Assembly: GCA_039815055.1 (NCBI GenBank)
Contig: JBCCAA010000026.1
Location: forward strand, 1-32,000
Length of the DNA: 32,000 nucleotides
Direction of reading: 5' to 3'
Origin: Pseudomonadota bacterium
GTDB taxonomy: Bacteria; Pseudomonadota; Alphaproteobacteria; Caulobacterales; Hyphomonadaceae
Positions 8,628 through 16,941 of the stretch are shown in pieces (position 1 is the stretch's first letter; every line of letters starts with the position of its first letter). Below the pieces are notes generated by a model that was given only the letters and a program-made list of their open reading frames with translations, was not told the origin of the DNA and did no database searches. The translations under genes were made by a program, and so were the position numbers.

Positions 8628-9494
8628 ATGTATGACGCGCGCAAGAGCGGACCACAGTTTAGCGGAAATGGCATTTTTGCGCTGGCCATTTTGGCTGTCG
8701 TGGCAATTGCGTTTGCGCTGGTCTGGGTTTTTGCCGCGCCCTCTCCCGGCAGTGGCGGCGCTCTGAAGCTGCACGCCAATGTCCCTGTCACGCTGGCTGA
8801 GAAGATGCCCAGCCGGGATGAAACCCGCTTTCTGAACGCCATGGCCAGGTTGCAACCCGCCGCGTTGGCGCCGCTCGATCACGCGCTAACCCGCGATGCA
8901 GCGGACCGCGAAGCCCAGATCAAGTCGATCAATGACGCGGCTGGCATCGCCGTGTTCGCCAACATCAGTTCGCTGGGTCACATCTCAACAGAAGACCTGA
9001 ACGGTATGCTCGACACGATGATCATGCAGGTCACTTCAGCCCAACGCCAAGGCTCGCCGCTTTGCAATGGGCGCAGCTGGCTGCAGTTCGAAAACAAGAG
9101 CGTTGAGCAGGTCGAGAGCTGGATGGCGACCAATGGCTACAGCTATGCGGCCATGTATGACGACTCCATGGTGGCCACGGCCGATTTCATGGAGGCGCTT
9201 GCCCGCGCAAAGTCCAATCCGACGCGCCATGGCAATTTCCGAAATTCCGACCAGAAGGCGCTGGAAGCGGCCATGATGGGCCTGATGACCAATCCTGACC
9301 TCATGCAATTGGCCGCGTCAGGCGGATCAGACCGCCAGCAATTGGCGCGCACCAATGTCTGCGCTGTCACAAAGACCCTGCTGCAAACCGCACGTGACCT
9401 GCCGGATGGAACCAAGGGTCGCGCCTGGGCGGCGGCGTTCGACCGTCCGGAATTCGGTCAGGCGCTAGATCAACTGCAGAAGTTCGGTTTTTAA
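8628..9494 (+). CDS. Membrane-anchored hypothetical protein (288 aa)
   Basis: GGGAGG RBS. One N-terminal TM helix (IFALAILAVVAIAFALVWVFA) followed by a soluble helical-looking domain. I recognise no motif. Confidence 0.6.
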   Translation: MYDARKSGPQFSGNGIFALAILAVVAIAFALVWVFAAPSPGSGGALKLHANVPVTLAEKMPSRDETRFLNAMARLQPAALAPLDHALTRDAADREAQIKSINDAAGIAVFANISSLGHISTEDLNGMLDTMIMQVTSAQRQGSPLCNGRSWLQFENKSVEQVESWMATNGYSYAAMYDDSMVATADFMEALARAKSNPTRHGNFRNSDQKALEAAMMGLMTNPDLMQLAASGGSDRQQLARTNVCAVTKTLLQTARDLPDGTKGRAWAAAFDRPEFGQALDQLQKFGF

Positions 9495-9563
9495 CCCCGC
9501 TTGCCGTTGAAACGCCGAAATCGTTTGGCAATGCGTGCCTGACACGTCACGTTCGGGGTCGTC

Positions 9564-10547
9564 ATGATAGAACAGTCCATCCGCGCCTTTCTCGACAACT
9601 GGAAACTGCCAGATGTCACGGTTCCTGATTTTTCAGGGCTGGATTGGTCAAAGTCGACAGAACGGCTGCGCCAGAGCTTTTTCCGCGCCACCCGCACCTT
9701 TGAGTCCGATGCACCGCAACTCGCCGATGTCTCCACGCTGCCAGTGGATGGCGCCGAGGGGCCGCTAAAGGCGCGGATGTATACGCCGCTCGCCGCAGGG
9801 ATTGATGACAGTCCGGCCATTCTGTTTTTCCATGGCGGTGGGTTCGTTCTGGGCGATCTCGATAGCTATGACATGATGTGCCGGCGCCTTGCCCACGGCG
9901 CCAGGTGCCGGGTCTTGTCCGTGGATTACCGCCTTGCGCCAGAAAACCGGTTTCCGGCCGCCCATGAAGACGCCGTAGCCGCCTGGACGTGGATACAGGA
10001 GCGGGCTGAATATCTGCGATTTGACGCCGATCGCATCGCCGTGGCGGGAGACAGCGCTGGTGGAAACCTAGCCGCTTCACTGTGTCAGGAGATGAACCGA
10101 ACGGGCGGGCCAATGCCGGCCTTCCAATTGCTGCTGTATCCCCTGGTTCAGTTCATCGACATTCGCGCGAAACGCCTGCCATTCCAGGAAGGTGGCTTCT
10201 TTATTTCGCCGAACCTGTTCGACTATTTCCGCGACGCCTATATCGAGCATGAAACTGACCGGCAGGACCCGCGGGTTTCACCACTATTTGCGCCCGAAGA
10301 TGATTTTCGCGGCCTGCCGCCCGCCCATTTTGTCCTGTGCGGTTGGGATCCGCTAAAGGATGAGGGCCGCGCCTATGCTGGCAAGCTGGCAAATTACGGC
10401 GTGCCCGTGACCATTCGAGAATATCCAGACCTGGTCCACGGCGTGATGAACCTGACAGCCGTTTCAACGAAAGCCCGCGAAGCCATCGCCGATTCTGCCG
10501 CGGTTGTTGGTCAGGCGCTGGGGGCGCTGAAGCCCCCTTCGGACTGA
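9564..10547 (+). CDS. Alpha/beta hydrolase, hormone-sensitive-lipase-type esterase
   Basis: Oxyanion-hole HGGG (FFHGGGFVLGD), nucleophile elbow GDSAGG, and C-terminal DPL...HGV for the Asp/His of the catalytic triad. Confidence 0.88.
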   Translation: MIEQSIRAFLDNWKLPDVTVPDFSGLDWSKSTERLRQSFFRATRTFESDAPQLADVSTLPVDGAEGPLKARMYTPLAAGIDDSPAILFFHGGGFVLGDLDSYDMMCRRLAHGARCRVLSVDYRLAPENRFPAAHEDAVAAWTWIQERAEYLRFDADRIAVAGDSAGGNLAASLCQEMNRTGGPMPAFQLLLYPLVQFIDIRAKRLPFQEGGFFISPNLFDYFRDAYIEHETDRQDPRVSPLFAPEDDFRGLPPAHFVLCGWDPLKDEGRAYAGKLANYGVPVTIREYPDLVHGVMNLTAVSTKAREAIADSAAVVGQALGALKPPSD

Positions 10548-10576
10548 ACCGAGCCTGATCGAGTTTTTTTGGCGAA

Positions 10577-10876
10577 TCAGCTGTCGTTGGGCGGCGCTTT
10601 CGCCTTCAAGCTGAGTGCATGCAAACCCGAATCGAATTCATCGGCGAGCACCATATGCACGGTGCGCTGGATCTGGACGCGATTTAATCCCTGAAAATTT
10701 TCCGACACGATTGTGACGTTGAAATGGGTCTCTCCCCCCGGCGCAGCGCCGGAATGGCCTGCATGGCGGGCACTATCGTCCTCAACATTCAATTCGACGG
10801 GGTCAAAGGACGTGGTCAACTTTTCACGAATCCTTTCCATTCTGTCTGTCAATTCTGGTCTCCTTGGTGAGCTCAC
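10577..10876 (-). CDS. bolA: BolA family protein
   Basis: ...VEDDSARHAGHSG...THFNVTIVSENFQGLNRVQIQRTVHMVL...LHALSLKAK is the BolA fold signature. The start is ambiguous among GTG 10876, TTG 10852 (7 nt after an AAGGAGA) and ATG 10840. Confidence 0.85.
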   Translation of the reverse strand: MSSPRRPELTDRMERIREKLTTSFDPVELNVEDDSARHAGHSGAAPGGETHFNVTIVSENFQGLNRVQIQRTVHMVLADEFDSGLHALSLKAKAPPNDS

Positions 10877-10892
10877 CCTAATATAGGCCCAG

Positions 10893-11507
10893 ATGGACGA
10901 GACGTTTCCCTACCGTGTGAAGTTTATGGATATCCGGGTTAAACCGCCGGCCGACGATGTATCGCGGGCCAAGGCGGCGAAAACCCGTATCTGTGATCAC
11001 AAGGGCTGCGACCTGGCCGGCGACCATAAGGCTCCCAAGCGTTCCGGCCGTGGATTCCACTGGTTCTGCCAGCGCCACGCGGGCGAATACAATCGCAGCT
11101 TCAACTTCTTCGACACGATGACGGAGGCCGAACTGAAAGCCTTTGAAGAATCTGCCCGGTATGGGCACAAAAAAACCTGGGCCTTCGGCACGGGCCCTGT
11201 GGGCGGAAAAAAAGCCGCCCACGTCCACGACCGGCGTCGCTGGCGCGGCAAGGAGATTTTCGAGGATGGCGTATCCGCTGCGCCTCGCGAAGCCGCCCGC
11301 CGTCGTACACGCTTGCAGATGCGTGCGCTGAACGAGCTGGATCTGGAAGCCAATGCCAGCCCGGAGGAAATTCGTGCACGCTATGCCGAATATGTCCGGC
11401 GGTTCCACCCCGACAGCAACCAGGGTGACCGCTCCTCTGAGCATAAGCTGGCGCGCGTGTTACGGGCCGGAAAAATGCTCAAGGAGACTGGGTTGATGAA
11501 GCGCTAG
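10893..11507 (+). CDS. J-domain protein with C-terminal DnaJ domain (HPD motif)
   Basis: C-terminal EIRARYAEYVRRFHPDSNQGD. The N-terminal region is Cys/His-rich (CDHKGCD...FHWFCQRH). It is divergent from bolA with a 16-bp gap. Confidence 0.8.
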   Translation: MDETFPYRVKFMDIRVKPPADDVSRAKAAKTRICDHKGCDLAGDHKAPKRSGRGFHWFCQRHAGEYNRSFNFFDTMTEAELKAFEESARYGHKKTWAFGTGPVGGKKAAHVHDRRRWRGKEIFEDGVSAAPREAARRRTRLQMRALNELDLEANASPEEIRARYAEYVRRFHPDSNQGDRSSEHKLARVLRAGKMLKETGLMKR

Positions 11508-11616
11508 GCCAATGTGACTTCCGCGATCAATCCTCAGTTGAGAAAAGGTGCTGTTAACGCTTTGCCCGCAGCTTTCGACAAGGAGTGTCCGCAGGGGACA
11601 TAAGTGAGCGCCGGGC

Positions 11617-13326
11617 ATGCAGATCGCAGTACGACAGTCGTGTCTGTTGGCCGCCCTGGCGGTGGTTGGGTTTGCCCCGATGGCCCACGCCAATCGCGTG
11701 ACCTCCACGCTGGAGTTCCATGTTCTGGAATCTGTGGGTTACCCGTGGCAGCCCATCACCTTCGACAACAATTACACCGCGCCCGTGGTGGTCTGTTCTT
11801 ATGTGTTGGCCGACGAGAATGATCCGCCTGCAACGGTGCGCCTGAACAATGTCGGCCCTACGAGTGCGGACGTCCGTATCCAGCAGTTTGAAGATAGCAG
11901 CGTTGTGACAGCTGGAACCGTGTTCTGCATCGTGTCTGAAACCGGGGCCTATACCTTGCCCGGCGGGATGCAGTTTGAGGCGCGAACCGTGGTGTCCGAC
12001 GAGACCAGCAGCGGCTCAGGCGGTCAGGGCTGGAATCAGTCACGTCTGGAAAACATAACAGGAGACCTCACCCAGACGTACTCAAATCCCGTTCTTGTGG
12101 GTCAAGTGATGAGCTTCAACGATACGCTTGCGAGCGTGTTTCATGCCACCGATTGCGAACAGCGGCAAAACCGACCCTTCCAGGGCGGGTTCTCTGACGG
12201 CGCCTGCGTGGGCAAGCATATCGGTCAGATCAATGGCACCCGGGCGAGCGAAACCCTCGGCTATATGGTGATCGAAAATGGGACCGGAAATGCCAATAAC
12301 ATCTTCTGGCAAGCCGGGCGCACGGGCAACAATGTGGCAGGCACGGGCAACAACCCGCCCTACTCCAATTCCGTCAGTCGCGACTTTGATGCCGGTGTTG
12401 GCGCCATGGCGGGCGAAAATGGCGGCAATGGCGGCTGGTGGGTGTTCTACGGCGCTGACCCGTTGCCATCAGGCCAGATTAGCGGTGCCATTGAGGAAGA
12501 AACTGTGGCGGGGGACAGGTCTCGCAGTCACATCAATGAAGAGGTTAACTACTGGCTGTTTGAAGACAACAACGCCCCGGTTCTCACCCTCGACAAAACG
12601 GCGCCGGAGACCGATTTCGGTGAACTTGGTGAGGTCATCACGTTTTCCTATGAGATCGAGAATACCGGGAACGTCTCCATCTCTTCGATCACGCTGGATG
12701 ATGACCAGATCGGGGCGATCACCTGCCCCGCCACCACATTGGCGGCGAGCGCCAGCTTCACCTGCACCGCAGACTATACCGTCACCGCCGCTGACATCAC
12801 CGCCGGCAGCGTCACAAACATTGCCACGACCGATGGTGACCCAGACTTCGGAAAACTGGATGAGGCCACAGACACCTGGACGCTGACTTACGCCCCTGGG
12901 CCGGCCAATTTCACCGTGGAGAAGACGGTGGAATACGAGACGCCAGGCAGCTATTCCCTGCCCGGCGAAGACGTTATCTATCAGTTGGTGATCACCAATG
13001 AGGGCGAGAAATCGCCCGATGACGGTACGCTGTTCCTGGTCGATCAGTTGCCGCCGGAAGTGGCAATCTTTGGCGGTAATTTTGAAGCGTCTGGCGGGCC
13101 CGTTTCTTTTGCAGAGAGCGGGACGGGGCTTTCGGTGATCGGGTCAGGAACGATTGGGTTCTCCAGAAACACGGCGCGACCCGTGTCTATGCTGGACTGC
13201 GGTGAGACGCCGAGCGCGCCCTATGATGCGACGATCACCTACGTTTGCCTTGCGCCGTCCGGCACGTTTGCAGGCGCAAATCCTGATCCGAGTTTTACGA
13301 TCCGGTTCCAGGCGCGCCTGCAATGA
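11617..13326 (+). CDS. Large secreted protein with C-terminal DUF11-type 'conserved repeat' Ig-like domains
   Basis: Signal peptide MQIAVRQSCLLAALAVVGFAPMAHA. Two repeat-like modules follow: 'LTLDKTAPETDFGELGEVITFSYEIENTGNVSISSITLDD...CTADYTVTAADI' and 'FTVEKTVEY...GEDVIYQLVITNEG'. I do not recognise the N-terminal ~300 aa. Confidence 0.7.
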   Translation: MQIAVRQSCLLAALAVVGFAPMAHANRVTSTLEFHVLESVGYPWQPITFDNNYTAPVVVCSYVLADENDPPATVRLNNVGPTSADVRIQQFEDSSVVTAGTVFCIVSETGAYTLPGGMQFEARTVVSDETSSGSGGQGWNQSRLENITGDLTQTYSNPVLVGQVMSFNDTLASVFHATDCEQRQNRPFQGGFSDGACVGKHIGQINGTRASETLGYMVIENGTGNANNIFWQAGRTGNNVAGTGNNPPYSNSVSRDFDAGVGAMAGENGGNGGWWVFYGADPLPSGQISGAIEEETVAGDRSRSHINEEVNYWLFEDNNAPVLTLDKTAPETDFGELGEVITFSYEIENTGNVSISSITLDDDQIGAITCPATTLAASASFTCTADYTVTAADITAGSVTNIATTDGDPDFGKLDEATDTWTLTYAPGPANFTVEKTVEYETPGSYSLPGEDVIYQLVITNEGEKSPDDGTLFLVDQLPPEVAIFGGNFEASGGPVSFAESGTGLSVIGSGTIGFSRNTARPVSMLDCGETPSAPYDATITYVCLAPSGTFAGANPDPSFTIRFQARLQ

Positions 13327-14313
13327 TCATTGGGCGATGGATATGGAGATCGCTCCAAAGCGCTGCGGGCCAGCCTGGGCCACAAACTGCTCTGTTCGGT
13401 GGACATAGGTAAACGCGACCTGGACGTTCCGATAGTGTAGCGCCGCACCGGCCTGAACATCGCCAACAAAGTCGCGGCGGTCAGAGACAGACCGGCTGTC
13501 GCGGAACGTGTTGCCATCGAGAAAGATGTCACGGGCCACCGCGCGCGCTTCCATCCCAACGAAAAGATAACCGCCCACGGTCTGACTCGGCTGGAACACG
13601 CCAGCGCCGGTCAGGGCGGGACGAATACGGGGGGGGCCAAAATCGGCATCCAAGTCGAACCCGATTCGAGCCATTCCACCGCCGGCAAGATATGTGCGCA
13701 CATTGCCCAGGGCCGCGCCGATATGAACCCCATAATCCGTTTCCAGACCAAAGGGCAGGTCCGGTCCGTCATAAAGCTCCAGCCGCTGGGCGATCAGTTC
13801 CACGCCCGGCTCATCGTGCAGTTGCTGGTCCCATCCTTGCGGATCAACGCCATTGATCAGTTCATGCCAATTGGTCTGGACAAATTCGGCAGACGCCGAC
13901 GGCCCAACGACCCCGAGATTGAGCTGTAAGACATCTTGCGTGTTTTCATCGCTCGCGACGACGGTGCCGGACACGTGCAACCAGCCAGCATAGGGACGGT
14001 CGGTTGGGTCTGGATCTACTGCCGAGATGTCTTCCGGCGTGTAAATCGCGTGGGCGATAGCGAAGCCCTGGCGCAGATCGATGCGTTCAAGGTCCAGACC
14101 GGGGACGAGTTCTGCAGCCTCACGCAATAGCGGAAACACGCGATCTGCCGGGCTGACGCGCTCAATTCGGAAGCCATTGGAATAATTTCGATCCGTTCCG
14201 CCGAAAAGGTCATTCTCTGACGTGATCGAAATCACCCCGACCGGCTCTTGCGCCGCTGCCGGCGACATCGCGCAAAGGCTTCCGGCCAAAACACATGAAA
14301 CGGTTCGCAGCAT
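13327..14313 (-). CDS. LpxR-family (DUF2219) outer-membrane lipid A deacylase-like protein
   Basis: SENDLFGGTDRNYSNGFRIE is the family's N-terminal signature. Signal peptide MLRTVSCVLAGSLCAMSPAAAQ from ATG 14313. The alternating pattern is beta-barrel-like and ends in ...ISISIAQ. Confidence 0.8.
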   Translation of the reverse strand: MLRTVSCVLAGSLCAMSPAAAQEPVGVISITSENDLFGGTDRNYSNGFRIERVSPADRVFPLLREAAELVPGLDLERIDLRQGFAIAHAIYTPEDISAVDPDPTDRPYAGWLHVSGTVVASDENTQDVLQLNLGVVGPSASAEFVQTNWHELINGVDPQGWDQQLHDEPGVELIAQRLELYDGPDLPFGLETDYGVHIGAALGNVRTYLAGGGMARIGFDLDADFGPPRIRPALTGAGVFQPSQTVGGYLFVGMEARAVARDIFLDGNTFRDSRSVSDRRDFVGDVQAGAALHYRNVQVAFTYVHRTEQFVAQAGPQRFGAISISIAQ

Positions 14314-14533
14314 GGACTTCTCTCCAGTGTCTATCAGCCAGGAAACGACCGAAACCCGGCAAAACGCGGGCAAACCCCGCCCCAAGGCCAAACAGTCTGC
14401 GAAGTCTTCCTTGGAATTTTACGCAAAACTGCAGCGCCGCTTTCAGCGTGGCCTTAAACTGAGGCGCGTAAATTCCGGTCTGTGTCCTGTCAGAACGGCG
14501 GGACTCAAACCTGGTAGAAGACTGGACAAAAAC

Positions 14534-14803
14534 ATGGACACTCAAAACGCCGCCCGGCCCCGCGTTGACGGCCCGAACGGGTCGCAACTGACCCTGGCTG
14601 ATTTACCGCCGGCAAACATTGGCCGCTGGGTCACGCGCCGAAAGGCTGAAGTGGTCGCCGCTGTGCAAGGTGGACTGATCAGCAAGGATGACGCCCTTTC
14701 ACGCTATGGCCTTTCCGATGAGGAATTTTCGGGCTGGCTGCGGCTTTATTCGGTGCATGGCTCGAAAGGCCTGCGCGCCACCCGGTTGCAGCAATACCGA
14801 TAG
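14534..14803 (+). CDS. sciP: SciP, CtrA-inhibitory transcription factor (DUF1153)
   Basis: MDTQNAARPRVDGPNGSQLTLADLPPANIGRWVTRRKAEVVAAVQGGLISKDDALSRYGLSDEEFSGWLRLYSVHGSKGLRATRLQQYR is near-colinear with Caulobacter SciP as I recall it (..GPDGSPLT.ADLPP..T.RWV.RRKAEVVAAV.GGL...LR.TR.QQYR). The listed 193-aa ORF is an upstream extension. Confidence 0.9.
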   Translation: MDTQNAARPRVDGPNGSQLTLADLPPANIGRWVTRRKAEVVAAVQGGLISKDDALSRYGLSDEEFSGWLRLYSVHGSKGLRATRLQQYR

Positions 14804-14905
14804 ACGATCAAGCCTCGGCAACAGTTATCGGTTAAGGCGCGATTTACCGCGTGCAGATACCACGGATGCAAGGCGCACTGATCGCGCCGCTCCGTGGAGT
14901 GCACC

Positions 14906-15562
14906 ATGTCGCCGCACGCATCGCGCCTGCGCCTTGAAGCTGAACTGTTGCGCCGCCTGTTGCTGGTGGCCAGTCTCTTTGTCCTGGCTGGCCTCGGCGC
15001 GTGGCGGGCGCAACAAAGCGTGTCGCCACCGCCTGCGCTGAGCAGTGAAACCGCCTCATTTGAAGAAAACCGGCTGACCCAACTACTTTCCACTGTGGCG
15101 GGTCCGGGCCAAAGTGAAGTTCGTTTGTCCCTGCGCGCTGATGACACCTGGTCGGTGCTGGTTCTAGTGAATTCTGAAAGCCCCGCGACGGAGCTTTCCG
15201 CCGACACGATCGAAACCCTGATCGGCTCAGCCTTCCCCCTTGACCCGATCTCGGGCGATGAGATCACGATACAGCGCGTCCCGTTTGCCCAGCCCGCGCC
15301 CGGCCAGTTTTCGCGCAAGGCCACGATAGAGCTGGCCGTCATCTGCCTTTGCGCCGGCCTGGTGGCCCTGGCTCTGATGATGCCCACCCGCCGACCGACA
15401 CCTGCCCACAGCGCCCCCGTTTCACCGCCTTCACCGACGATGCACGCGGCGATGTCTGCAGATGCGCCGCGCAATTTCGCTGCCCGCAGCGTGGAAGATG
15501 ACCCAGCCCGCGCCGCCCACATTGTGCGCCAATGGCTCAGACAGGGACCGGCTGACGCATGA
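14906..15562 (+). CDS. Miniature FliF-like protein: TM, single RBM3-like core, TM, FliG-binding-like tail (218 aa)
   Basis: GGAG lies 7 nt before ATG 14906. TM1 is LLRRLLLVASLFVLAGLGAW. The periplasmic ~100 aa read ENRLTQLLSTVAGPGQSEVRLSL..WSVLVLVN..LSADTIETLIGSAFPLDPISGDEITIQRVPF, an alpha-beta-beta-alpha-beta ring-building pattern like the two halves of FliF RBM3. TM2 is IELAVICLCAGLVALALMM. The C-terminus DDPARAAHIVRQWLRQ resembles the enterobacterial FliF tail (..DPRVVALVIRQWM..). Its stop overlaps the fliG start (ATGA). Confidence 0.6.
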   Translation: MSPHASRLRLEAELLRRLLLVASLFVLAGLGAWRAQQSVSPPPALSSETASFEENRLTQLLSTVAGPGQSEVRLSLRADDTWSVLVLVNSESPATELSADTIETLIGSAFPLDPISGDEITIQRVPFAQPAPGQFSRKATIELAVICLCAGLVALALMMPTRRPTPAHSAPVSPPSPTMHAAMSADAPRNFAARSVEDDPARAAHIVRQWLRQGPADA

Positions 15563-16530
15563 AGCAAGTTCGCGAACACGCCAATACTGGCCTGAGGGGC
15601 CGGTTTGGGCCCGACACCGCCGCCCATCTGATGCGGGCCTTGGGTGATGGCGCCGCACCCATCTGGTCTGAGTTGACAGCCGATGAGGCGCGCGCCATCA
15701 GCGATCACATGGACCGTCTGCCGACAGATAATCCGCATGCGGATCGCGATGCGTTGGAGTCCTTCCTGCGCGCGTCCATTGGTGCACGTCAACCCGGCAA
15801 GGTCGAGGCGGGCACTGATCTGGCTTCAAACACATCGGTGTGGACACGCCTCGGCGATGATCATGCTCCGATTCTTGCGGCCTTGCTGGGCCGTGAAAGC
15901 CCGCAAGTGGCCGCCTGGATGGTCAGCCAGATGGATCCAAAGCTGTCTGCAACCGTCCTGCGTATGCTGGAAGAAGATACCTCTTTGACCGTGCTGGAGC
16001 GCCTCCTGGAACTCAAGCCTCCTGCACCGCCCGTGGCCGAGATGATCGAAACCACGCTGGCAGATACACTCGATCGGGTTGCGACGGGCGCCGATGGCGC
16101 AGGTCACCAGCGTGTGGCGCGCATCTTCGACCAGATCGGAAGCCGCCATGAGCAATCCCTGCTCGCCGGTTTGGACGCCAAGGCACCGGGCTCCGGCGAA
16201 AAAGTCCGCGCACAGATGTTCACGTTCAATGATCTGGCGGGCCTCGGCGCGGCGGGCATGCAGACCCTACTTGCCGCCACCGACCGGGGCGTGCTGACGG
16301 TCGCCCTGAAAGGCGCCCGCGCGGACGTGGCCAACGTGTTTTTCTCAAACCTGACGCGCCGCGCCGGGCTGCTTATCCGTGAAGAACTTTCCGGTCTTGG
16401 TGCGCTTCGCCGCTCTGAAGTGGAAGAAGCGCGCGCTGAAATCGTTGAACTGGCCCGCCAGCTTATCCGCGGCGGTCAAATTCGGCTGGTGGGCGCCACC
16501 GCTGAAGATGATGATGAGCTGGTCGAATGA
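15559..16530 (+). CDS. fliG: Flagellar motor switch protein FliG
   Basis: All three FliG regions are recognisable. N: GPDTAAHLMRALGDGAAPIWSELTADEARAISDHM. Middle: ESPQVAAWMVSQMDPKLSATVLRML (the EHPQ-type motif). C: MFTFNDLAGL...LTVALKGA...FFSNLTRRAGLLIREEL...EVEEARAEIVELARQLIRGGQI. Confidence 0.88.
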   Translation: MKQVREHANTGLRGRFGPDTAAHLMRALGDGAAPIWSELTADEARAISDHMDRLPTDNPHADRDALESFLRASIGARQPGKVEAGTDLASNTSVWTRLGDDHAPILAALLGRESPQVAAWMVSQMDPKLSATVLRMLEEDTSLTVLERLLELKPPAPPVAEMIETTLADTLDRVATGADGAGHQRVARIFDQIGSRHEQSLLAGLDAKAPGSGEKVRAQMFTFNDLAGLGAAGMQTLLAATDRGVLTVALKGARADVANVFFSNLTRRAGLLIREELSGLGALRRSEVEEARAEIVELARQLIRGGQIRLVGATAEDDDELVE

Positions 16531-16925
16531 CAAAGCGGCGCATTTCAGACACCCGACCGTTTACGTTCCAGGCCGATTTTTCTTCGCCCGCTGGAGAAGA
16601 TCCGCGTGACAACAAACGCGCCGAGGACACGGCCTCTGAACTTGCCGCGCTTGGCGCAAAACTCCAGGCCGATGCGATTTCGAAGGTTCGAGACCCATTG
16701 GACGGGCTTGCTGCCGAGCGCCTCGACCACGCGATTGCCCGACTGGGCGACGCCTTGGACGCCTTTTCAACCCTGGCGGACCGGCTGGACGATTTGGCAC
16801 GGCAACAATATGTGCCCGGCAACCTTGCAGCGCCCGCTCGAAGTGCGGCGAAAGCCATCAGTGATGGCCAGGGCGATTTGTTTGCCCTCTGTCAATCATT
16901 GCGTGCGCAATCTTCTGGGGCCTGA
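16527..16925 (+). CDS. Hypothetical 132-aa protein occupying the flbE/fliH slot of a fliF-type operon
   Basis: ATGA overlap with the fliG stop. The sequence is Ala/Asp/Leu-rich and predicted helical (..ASELAALGAKLQADAISKV...LDAFSTLADRLDDLARQQ..). Assignment is by position only. I could not identify a FliH C-terminal (FliI-binding) domain. Confidence 0.45.
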   Translation: MTKRRISDTRPFTFQADFSSPAGEDPRDNKRAEDTASELAALGAKLQADAISKVRDPLDGLAAERLDHAIARLGDALDAFSTLADRLDDLARQQYVPGNLAAPARSAAKAISDGQGDLFALCQSLRAQSSGA

Positions 16926-16941
16926 CTGAAGCCCAAATCGA

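Noticed and set aside
7923-8882. 319-aa minus-strand ORF. Similar long antisense ORFs occur at 19340-20170, 21594-22364, 23149-23868, 24390-25412, 25297-25956, 26756-27472, 27584-28387 and 28463-29125.
   Set aside because: All of them lie opposite genes with strong family signatures, and all have the skewed Arg/Gly/Ala/His composition of reverse-frame GC-rich coding DNA.
10548-10576. T7 run after the esterase gene as a terminator
   Set aside because: The preceding sequence offers only a 4-5 bp stem (TCGG/CCGA), which is too weak to call an intrinsic terminator.
11546-11563. Sigma-54 promoter candidates: GG-N10-GC at 11547-11560 upstream of the large secreted protein, and TGGCAC at 16795-16800 upstream of fliN
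   Set aside because: The first matches only the invariant dinucleotides (AGGTGC...ACGCT versus TGGCAC...TTGCW). The second has a good -24 element but CAAT where the -12 TTGC should be, and it lies inside a coding region.
14222-14533. N-terminal extensions in the ORF track (sciP 193 aa, metF 351 aa, metH-N 359 aa, PNPOx-like 267 aa, bfd 111 aa, GNAT 207 aa, LpxR 354 aa and others)
   Set aside because: In each case an internal ATG gives the family-typical N-terminus. These internal starts usually have an RBS or a stop/start overlap with the upstream gene. The extensions also cross neighbouring genes or promoters.
14832-14846. CtrA-box-like TTAA-N7-TTTA upstream of the FliF-like gene (and TTAA-N11-TAAA at 14454-14472 upstream of sciP)
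   Set aside because: One site has a mismatch in the second half-site, and the other has the wrong spacing. No exact TTAA-N7-TTAA occurs in any intergenic region of this window. The evidence is too weak to annotate, though it would be worth a PWM scan.
14746-15792. 348-aa minus-strand ORF spanning the end of sciP, the FliF-like gene and the start of fliG
   Set aside because: It overlaps three co-directional, translationally coupled plus-strand genes. It is Arg/Ala/Ser-rich with no recognisable domain, so I treat it as an antisense artefact.
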